From a bacterium (GTDB taxonomy: Bacteria > Patescibacteriota > Minisyncoccia > UBA6257 > JAGOQP01), in NCBI GenBank assembly GCA_021814695.1, contig JAKAHY010000002.1, positions 8,920 through 72,919 of the forward strand: a DNA stretch of 64,000 bases. The letters run 5' to 3'. Positions 1 through 5,708 of this stretch are shown here, piece after piece. Below the pieces are notes generated by a model. That model did no database searches, was not told the DNA's origin, and saw only the letters and a list, made by a program, of their open reading frames with translations. A program made the translations under genes and the position numbers. Numbering within the stretch: position 1 is the stretch's first letter; every line of letters starts with the position of its first letter.

Positions 1-705
1 AAAATAATAACTATTGAAGATCCAATTGAATACCATCTGGAAGGGATAGAACAAACTCAAGTTGACGAAGAGGCGGGATATACGTTTGCCGGAGGTTTGC
101 GTTCGCTGATGAGACAGGACCCGGACGTAATACTCGTTGGTGAAATCAGAGACAGAGAAACTGCCGAGATATCTGTCCAAGCGGCTCTTACGGGACACTT
201 GGTCCTTTCAACTATTCACGCCAATGAAGCTTCCGGAGCCATTCCTCGGCTTTTGGATTTGGGAGTGAAAAATGTCAGTCTTGCTCCTGCGTTAAATCTT
301 TTGATTGCCCAACGTTTGGTGAGGCGTTTGTGCAAATATTGTAAAACGGAATCCGAAATATCCGATGAATTAAGAAAAAATATCGAAACTTTTGTAAATG
401 CAATGCCCGATAGAGTCGATAAAAAACATTATCTGGAGAACATGAAGACGTACAAAGTGGTCGGGTGTGAAAAATGCAACATGACCGGATATAAAGGCAG
501 GGTTGGAATTTATGAATTATTGGAGATAAGCAAAAAAATGCAGGACATGATAGTCCAAGGTTCGGGTCAGCTGGCGATAGAAGAGGAGATAAAAAATACC
601 GATTTTGTAAACGTGCAGCAGGATGGGGTATTGAAATTTATTTCGGGAATAACCACTCTTGAAGAAGTTGAAGGGGTGGCGGGTAAAATAAACTGGAAGG
701 CATAA
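1..705 (+). CDS. Type II/IV secretion ATPase (GspE/PilB family), C-terminal part; gene starts upstream of window
   Basis: Frame-1 translation from nt 1 reads KIITIEDPIEYHLEG...RQDPDVILVGEIRDRETAE...LTGHLVLSTIHAN (GspE Asp/His boxes) plus a C-terminal tetracysteine CKYC...CEKC motif; no start codon in window. Confidence 0.85.
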   Translation, partial: KIITIEDPIEYHLEGIEQTQVDEEAGYTFAGGLRSLMRQDPDVILVGEIRDRETAEISVQAALTGHLVLSTIHANEASGAIPRLLDLGVKNVSLAPALNLLIAQRLVRRLCKYCKTESEISDELRKNIETFVNAMPDRVDKKHYLENMKTYKVVGCEKCNMTGYKGRVGIYELLEISKKMQDMIVQGSGQLAIEEEIKNTDFVNVQQDGVLKFISGITTLEEVEGVAGKINWKA

Positions 706-737
706 AAAAATCCCGACTTTCGTCGGGATTTTTTATT
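706..737. terminator. Bidirectional rho-independent terminator between the PilB-like gene (+) and rplT (-)
   Basis: aaaaaaaTCCCGACtttcGTCGGGAttttttat: 7-bp GC stem flanked by an A-run and a T-run. Confidence 0.6.
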
Positions 738-1077
738 TGACAGCCTTTACTATTTCGGAGAAAACTTTCGGATACTTATTGGCAATTTCGGCCAACACTT
801 TTCTGTCCAGAGCGATGTTGTTTTTCTTTAGGGCATCTATAAATTTACTGTAAGTTGTTCCTTCGGCTCTGACTGCGGCGTTAAGCTGGGTTTGCCATAA
901 TGCGCGGTAGTTCCTTTTGTTTTCTTTTCTTCCTTTGAACATCCGGCTTTGAGCGTGCAGCAAAGCCTCTTTTGCCGCGCGTTCTTTTGACTTGCGGCCC
1001 CATCGGTACCCCTTAACTTTTTTTAGCAGCTTCTCTCTCTTTTTATGGGCGAGAGCTCCTCTTTTGACTCTTGTCAT
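733..1077 (-). CDS. rplT: 50S ribosomal protein L20
   Basis: MTRVKRG..HKKR..LKK.KGYRG....LW...LNAA.R, a canonical bL20 sequence; last gene of the infC-rpmI-rplT operon. Confidence 0.95.
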   Translation of the reverse strand: MTRVKRGALAHKKREKLLKKVKGYRWGRKSKERAAKEALLHAQSRMFKGRKENKRNYRALWQTQLNAAVRAEGTTYSKFIDALKKNNIALDRKVLAEIANKYPKVFSEIVKAVK

Positions 1078-1103
1078 AGCGTTTAGTAATTAGTAAATAA
1101 AAA

Positions 1104-1286
1104 TTATAAACTTCCGGGCTTTTTGAAAATTCTTTCCGAAATGGCGCGAGCTGCCGGATTCATTCCTTGCAATCTGTGAATCTGAGTTGAACTCTTTTTT
1201 GAGCGAAAATGGCACTGTGCCATAGTGCGTCTCATTACCTTTCCGTTTTTTGTTACCCTGAATCTGGTTGTAATTGATTTTTTCAT
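1104..1286 (-). CDS. rpmI: 50S ribosomal protein L35
   Basis: 60-aa basic protein between infC and rplT; the RFRVTKNGKVMRR..HFRSKKS block fits bL35. Confidence 0.8.
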   Translation of the reverse strand: MKKSITTRFRVTKNGKVMRRTMAQCHFRSKKSSTQIHRLQGMNPAARAISERIFKKPGSL

Positions 1287-1289
1287 ATT

Positions 1290-1751
1290 CTATTTTCCTT
1301 TCATTATTTGCATTATGAGGCCTCTTCCTCCCGGTCTTATTGTTGTTGTAACCTGATAATCTGCACTGATCATTTTTATAAAATCGTTGAATCTTTTTCT
1401 GGCCCAATCCTGATTGTATTTCTCCCTGCCCCTTAAGGCCATCATTATTTCAACTTTATTTCCTTTCTCAAGAAATTCTTCCGCCTGGAGTGCTCTGATT
1501 TTAAGATCGTTATCGGCAGCTCTTGGAGTTATTCTTACCTGTTTTAACTCTCCGGTTGGTTTGTGCGCACGCTTCTTCTCCTCTTTTCTTTGTTGATATC
1601 GGAATTTATCGTAGCTGATTATTTTTACTACCGGCGGTTTGATATTAGGTGCGATTTCAACCACATCCAGCCCTTTTTCTTCGGCTAGTGCAAGTGCCTC
1701 AGAGAGTTTCATAACGCCCAAATTAGCTCCTGCTTCGTCAACCACGCGCAC
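1290..1751 (-). CDS. infC: Translation initiation factor IF-3; the true start is probably a non-AUG codon (AUU/AUC) some 10-15 codons upstream (to about 1796)
   Basis: VRVVDEAGANLGVM..LALAEEKGLDVVEIAPN..PPVVKI is conserved IF-3 sequence. The upstream in-frame extension ...YVRINQRITASEV continues the IF-3 N-domain, and the codon at 1749-1751 is GTG. Confidence 0.9.
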   Translation of the reverse strand: MRVVDEAGANLGVMKLSEALALAEEKGLDVVEIAPNIKPPVVKIISYDKFRYQQRKEEKKRAHKPTGELKQVRITPRAADNDLKIRALQAEEFLEKGNKVEIMMALRGREKYNQDWARKRFNDFIKMISADYQVTTTIRPGGRGLIMQIMKGK

Positions 1752-1873
1752 TTCTGATGCCGTAATTCTTTGGTTGATTCTGACGTAGTTATCGATGGTG
1801 AGTGGCGTTACTGTTTTTAACGTCCATTAGATTAACACACAAATAAGCCGTTTGCAATACTTTTGCGGCTGAT

Positions 1874-1902
1874 AAAAAAAGCCCACCGGTGTTCTGGTGG
1901 GG
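1874..1902 (-). terminator. Rho-independent terminator of the GC-rich small gene
   Basis: Minus strand CCCACCagaacaccGGTGGGcttttttt. Confidence 0.6.
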
Positions 1903-1930
1903 CGCCTCGTTGGAGGCGGTTGGGAAGCGC

Positions 1931-2152
1931 TTAGCCGCGCTTCGCTTTGGAGGATGCCGAGACCTTGTGAGTCCCGGCGACGGCCACGCCGCGGTTGGCG
2001 GTGGCCAGGTCGGCCTGAGTCCTCCGCTTGGCCGCCCGGTTCGCGTGCTTGACGCTGTGACGGTCCTTGGGCGCGGTCTTGCCGCAGCGCCCGTTGGGGT
2101 GGCGGTTGCCGCCACCCGAAACCCGACAGTGACACAGTTCGCACACGGCCAT
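1931..2152 (-). CDS. Small basic Cys-containing protein (73 aa) encoded by a 65% GC, GC3-rich ORF; resembles ribosomal protein bL28 (GK...SV.H..R..KRR ... V.V.GT.K....SSKAK)
   Basis: Strong SD GGGAGGTG lies 6 nt upstream of the ATG, with its own promoter and terminator. The sequence MAVCELCHC..CGKTAPKDRHSVKHANRAAKRR..GVAVAGTHKVSASSKAKRG fits bL28 loosely. Two other-frame ORFs over the same DNA are GC-rich artefacts. Confidence 0.5.
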   Translation of the reverse strand: MAVCELCHCRVSGGGNRHPNGRCGKTAPKDRHSVKHANRAAKRRTQADLATANRGVAVAGTHKVSASSKAKRG

Positions 2153-2190
2153 ATTACACCTCCCTTGTCGTTTGATTTACCGCTTTTTAT

Positions 2191-2219
2191 AACATAGCAT
2201 AACTAACTACATTTGTCAA
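2191..2219 (-). promoter_or_regulatory. Sigma70-like promoter (TTGACA-17-TATGTT) for the GC-rich small gene
   Basis: Minus strand reads TTGACAaatgtagttagttatgcTATGTT, about 40 nt upstream of the SD/ATG. Confidence 0.45.
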
Positions 2220-2246
2220 TATTTATGGGAAAACAAAATCACCCGC

Positions 2247-2275
2247 AAGGGGTGATCTTATTTTTGTGGAGATGG
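2247..2275. terminator. Terminator hairpin downstream of the GIY-YIG gene
   Basis: ATCACCCgcaaGGGGTGAT flanked by T-runs on both strands. Confidence 0.5.
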
Positions 2276-2290
2276 GAGAGTTGGCTCCGA

Positions 2291-2530
2291 CTAAACTAAA
2301 TGCTTGTTTCTAAAAGCTATTCCCGAACCACTTTTCAGATATTTTTCAAAGTTGATCGCCTGTTCCTTGTTATGAAAAGTGCAGTGCCAAGCAATAATAA
2401 ATGGCGCTCTACTTGAGCTATATTTGGAACCATAACTATTATGTTCCAATAGTCTTTTCTTAATATCAATTGTGATGCCCGTATAGAAACTCCCATCTTT
2501 TAAACTGCGAAGAATATAGACAAAATACAT
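2291..2530 (-). CDS. GIY-YIG nuclease family protein (small, stand-alone)
   Basis: MYFVYILRSLKDGSFYTGITIDIKKRLLEHN matches the GIY-YIG motif arrangement; 79 aa. Confidence 0.8.
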   Translation of the reverse strand: MYFVYILRSLKDGSFYTGITIDIKKRLLEHNSYGSKYSSSRAPFIIAWHCTFHNKEQAINFEKYLKSGSGIAFRNKHLV

Positions 2531-2596
2531 ATTATCTATAATTATATGGCCCTCCTTCGCATAAAGCTACGGAGGACTCACTACTCGCACCATAAA

Positions 2597-2622
2597 ACTC
2601 CCCAGATGGGGAGTTTTATTGC
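2597..2622 (-). terminator. Rho-independent terminator of the tmRNA
   Basis: Minus strand AAAACTCCCCAtctGGGGAGTTTTAT. Confidence 0.55.
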
Positions 2623-2672
2623 AATGCTTCTTGTGCAAGGAGTGCTTGCACTACGAAGCCTTGGCGAAGTAG

Positions 2673-2988
2673 TGGAGATGGCGAGAGTTGAACTCGCGTC
2701 CAGAAAGAGGGATTGAAAGCGTCTACGGGCGTATCTTCTTTTGGAAGCTGATTTGCTTTCTGATTGTCCCTACGGATACGAAAGCGCTTTCCGTGGGTAA
2801 GCCTCAAATATAACACCGGCGATTTCCCCATGAGACATCGGGAGCCGATGGCTTACGCACGAACTAAAAAGTTCTTAAGCGTATGCAAGTGCTACATTTC
2901 TGTTAGCAGATTTGTTTTGGCGGATTTACAAGTCGCCGCTTGACCCGCAACTTTCAAAGAACTCTATCTGTCAAAGCCCAGCATCCCC
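2673..2988 (-). ncRNA. ssrA: tmRNA (SsrA), about 316 nt, encoding the tag ANRNVALAYA*
   Basis: 5' GGGGAUG pairs with 3' CAUCUCC-A and includes the G3·U Ala identity pair. T-arm is GCGAG-TTCAACT-CTCGC. 5' domain reads CUGGGCUUUGACAG. Tag ORF is GCU AAC AGA AAU GUA GCA CUU GCA UAC GCU UAA, followed by the hairpin GAACUuuuuaGUUC. It lies immediately 3' of smpB. Confidence 0.85.
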
Positions 2989-3426
2989 TTAGGCAATATG
3001 TTTTCTTACTTGGCGCTCGGTTTCCCTTTTTTTAATCGTTTCTCTCTTATCCGTTTTCTTCTTGTGAACGCCCAGTCCTATTTCAAGCTTTATTTTACCG
3101 CGCTTGTTATACAGCTTAAGGGGCACCAGAGTCAAGTTTTTGGATGATGCTTGACCGACAAGAGCGATAATTTCCGACTTTTTTGCCAAAAGTCGGCGCG
3201 ATCGGCGAGGATCGAAATCTTTGGGTGTATTTTTCTCCTGGTAGGGGCCAATTGTTGCGCCAACCAGCCAAAGCTGTCCTCCATAAATTTTAACCAACGA
3301 CCCGACAACACTGGCTTTACCGGAGCGGATAGCTTTAGCCTCATGGCCCAAAAGTTCAATTCCGGCATTTAAAGTGTCGGAAATTTCGTAATCAAAATAG
3401 GCTTTTTTGTTTTGGATTGATTCCAT
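2989..3426 (-). CDS. smpB: SsrA-binding protein SmpB
   Basis: YFDYEI.....GIEL.G.E.K......ASV.GS ... C-terminal basic tail; adjacent to the tmRNA. Confidence 0.95.
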   Translation of the reverse strand: MESIQNKKAYFDYEISDTLNAGIELLGHEAKAIRSGKASVVGSLVKIYGGQLWLVGATIGPYQEKNTPKDFDPRRSRRLLAKKSEIIALVGQASSKNLTLVPLKLYNKRGKIKLEIGLGVHKKKTDKRETIKKRETERQVRKHIA

Positions 3427-3470
3427 CTGTTTATTTATGATAGTGCCTTGTGGGATTTTTTTGCAAGCGA

Positions 3471-3481
3471 TGTGATATAAT
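3471..3481 (+). promoter_or_regulatory. Extended -10 promoter TGTGATATAAT, copy 1 of 4 of a shared motif
   Basis: ttgcaagcgaTGTGATATAATgaaacaaataaaaaactATG, nearly identical to the motifs at 5688, 8367 and 52583. Confidence 0.45.
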
Positions 3482-3498
3482 GAAACAAATAAAAAACT

Positions 3499-5643
3499 AT
3501 GAAAAAATCTTCATTAATCGTGGTCATTTTGCTTGTTGTGGCAAGCGTAGGAATGACCGTCATCTTTTCAAATCAAGTGTCGATAAAGGGATTTCTATCG
3601 AGCGTTTATTCTACTGCATCAGGCAGAAATCATATACAGCTGGCAAACGCTCAGTCCTTGGGACAGGGGGTTGTAGTTTTTAAAGCGCAATTTGGCCATT
3701 TGGAAGCAACCGGCCAAGTTGTCTCCGGTATTTCCGGACTAGCGGGGCTGCCGGTGACAAAATTTGTTCCCGACAGAGACCTTTCGGATTCTGAAAAAAA
3801 GCAGGTTGAAGTAAACATCACCGAAGAGAACACCGTTTTCGGATTTATTGTGGCAAAAAACGTTTCATTAGGGCAGGGAATCGGTTTTAACATTCCCCAA
3901 GGAGAAGTTTATAACTACGGTTTTTATGTGAATTCCGACATCCTTCCTCAAGGATGGACATATAACTCTTCTTGCGTAGAGACGGGAGGAAATATTAAAT
4001 TATCTGCCGGCCAACAAAGCGAATGCACGATAGGTTTTTATCTGAAACCAACGCCTGCGCCGGTTACTCCTCCCGCTTCGACGTCCACTCCCGTCTCACC
4101 TCAGGAAGGAGCGTCAGGTACCGTTATTAGTGAAGATTCCGGTTCTGGATCGCTGCAGTTTGTAAAAAATATTTTGGACTTAAGTACGGGGTGGAAAAAC
4201 CCCGGATCGGATAAAATATTGGACGCAAAAATCGTTGAATTATACGGAAAGAAATTTCTTATTGTTTCGACTCAAAACAAACATTTGCTTGTTTACGATG
4301 CTTCAAACCAGTTTTCGCCGGTTCTTTTGAAAGATAATGATTTATCAGGCAGTAACGTGTCGGCGTTTTATCTTGTGGTTTTAGATAATTTCAATTACGT
4401 ATTTGCCTGGGGAGGAAACTCTGCCAACTACGGATCTTTTAAGATTGAACAAGACGGATCTGCGTCTCTGGTAAAAAGTTACAAACCTGACCAATATAGC
4501 GTTACTCAACCGAATTTGGTTTTCGGGTTGTTTAGAGGGTTAGACGGTAAAGCGTATGGATTTGGAGGGAACGGGGGCGATGGATGGCTAACTATTTATG
4601 ACGTGTCCGATCCGGCAAACATCAGCGAAATTGGATCATATCAAGATGGCTTAGTCGGGAATCACTGCGGCAATTATGGTCTGATTGGATTGGACAGGCC
4701 GCTTCAATGGAATACTTCTCAACAAGGGAACAAGCTTTATCTGGTAACTCATGCGGACCAGTGCGTCCAGCGGCTGCATACTTCCGGAGACGCCAGAATT
4801 TATATTTTTGACGTTTCTGATCCAAAAAATCCGCAGCTTTCCCATCAATATGAGCTTTCCGGTTCTTTTAACCACATACCTTCGGACGCGACTAAGGCCG
4901 AACAGACATTTCTTTTTGGCGGGATCGCCGACATTGCCGTTGATTCAAATTCGGGTAAGGTTTTTGATTTTTACAGGACGGTTTTTGATTGGCAGGGGCC
5001 ATCCTGGTCTCAGATAGCAAACATAGTGCATGGTACTTTGTTTAGATACAGAACCGGACTGGTCACTCTTTCACTGCAATCGGACGGTTCTCTAAAAGAA
5101 TTGTCGCGGGCTTTATTGTGCGAACAAAAGGGCCCAATGTATGATGGTGGCGGTCCGCAATATTATCGATGCGGCGACGTGGATGGAAACGACAAAAATA
5201 CCCAAGGCGGATATGATTATTCGGCAAGAAATTCTCAACAAAATTACAACGGAGTTTTTCTCCTCAGTGGGCCGGGAAATAGCGGTCAGGTGGGCTTACT
5301 AAGGAGTGATAATAGTTTTGTTGTCATTCCCGATACCGCCGGAGAGATGACTAAATTTAAGACGGCTATTAAAGATTCATCTTATTATTCGAATATCTAT
5401 AATCCCGCTATCAATGGTGTTGTGACCCAGGTTGACAGTAAAACATTTGCCATCTATCAATTTGATAGTTATTCGTTAAGCGTCGTTAAGGTTTTGTTGT
5501 CGCAATCTCTTGTGGGGGGATCGAAAAATCCCTCTCCTCCAGTGACCGGAGTTGCGCCTTCGGCAAACGTACCACTAACATCACCCGCATTTTCATTTAA
5601 TGCGCTCCTGAACATCTTCAGAAGGATACTTAACAACTACTAA
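3499..5643 (+). CDS. Cell-surface protein, paralog A: N-terminal signal-anchor, P/T-rich linker, LVIVD-like beta-propeller repeats, conserved C-terminal tail
   Basis: Repeats of the type LTIYDVSDPANISEIGSY and IYIFDVSDPKNPQLSHQY; N-terminal TM MKKSSLIVVILLVVASVGMTVIF; C-terminus ...SPAFSFNALLNIFRRILNNY. Confidence 0.8.
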   Translation: MKKSSLIVVILLVVASVGMTVIFSNQVSIKGFLSSVYSTASGRNHIQLANAQSLGQGVVVFKAQFGHLEATGQVVSGISGLAGLPVTKFVPDRDLSDSEKKQVEVNITEENTVFGFIVAKNVSLGQGIGFNIPQGEVYNYGFYVNSDILPQGWTYNSSCVETGGNIKLSAGQQSECTIGFYLKPTPAPVTPPASTSTPVSPQEGASGTVISEDSGSGSLQFVKNILDLSTGWKNPGSDKILDAKIVELYGKKFLIVSTQNKHLLVYDASNQFSPVLLKDNDLSGSNVSAFYLVVLDNFNYVFAWGGNSANYGSFKIEQDGSASLVKSYKPDQYSVTQPNLVFGLFRGLDGKAYGFGGNGGDGWLTIYDVSDPANISEIGSYQDGLVGNHCGNYGLIGLDRPLQWNTSQQGNKLYLVTHADQCVQRLHTSGDARIYIFDVSDPKNPQLSHQYELSGSFNHIPSDATKAEQTFLFGGIADIAVDSNSGKVFDFYRTVFDWQGPSWSQIANIVHGTLFRYRTGLVTLSLQSDGSLKELSRALLCEQKGPMYDGGGPQYYRCGDVDGNDKNTQGGYDYSARNSQQNYNGVFLLSGPGNSGQVGLLRSDNSFVVIPDTAGEMTKFKTAIKDSSYYSNIYNPAINGVVTQVDSKTFAIYQFDSYSLSVVKVLLSQSLVGGSKNPSPPVTGVAPSANVPLTSPAFSFNALLNIFRRILNNY

Positions 5644-5656
5644 AAATTTAAAATAA

Positions 5657-5685
5657 AGCCCCCTGTAAATACAGGGGGCTTTTTG
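5657..5685 (+). terminator. Rho-independent terminator
   Basis: GCCCCCTGtaaataCAGGGGGCttttt. Confidence 0.7.
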
Positions 5686-5687
5686 AA

Positions 5688-5698
5688 TGTGATATAAT
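5688..5698 (+). promoter_or_regulatory. Extended -10 promoter TGTGATATAAT (copy 2)
   Basis: gaaTGTGATATAATgaaacaaATGaaaaaaac. The first ATG (5697) lies inside the -10 box, so the start at 5709 is preferred. Confidence 0.45.
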
Positions 5699-5708
5699 GA
5701 AACAAATG

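Noticed and set aside
1090-1407. 105-aa ORF overlapping rpmI and infC in another frame
   Set aside because: It overlaps two well-supported ribosomal-operon genes, has Lys/Asn-rich low-complexity sequence, and has no RBS.
1789-2197. Three long overlapping ORFs on both strands (1789..2115-, 1827..2144-, 1889..2197+) in the GC-rich patch
   Set aside because: GC-rich DNA is stop-codon-poor in every frame. Only the 1931..2152 (-) frame has a strong SD and ATG plus a promoter and terminator. The others encode Pro/Arg/Ala low-complexity sequence.
2616-2831. 71-aa ORF on the minus strand
   Set aside because: It lies entirely inside the tmRNA gene; the real tag-coding segment is a short internal reading frame.
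5697-5708. Upstream ATG start for paralog B (ORF-track start)
   Set aside because: That ATG lies inside the conserved TATAATG -10 box. The ATG at 5709 matches the start context of the paralogs.
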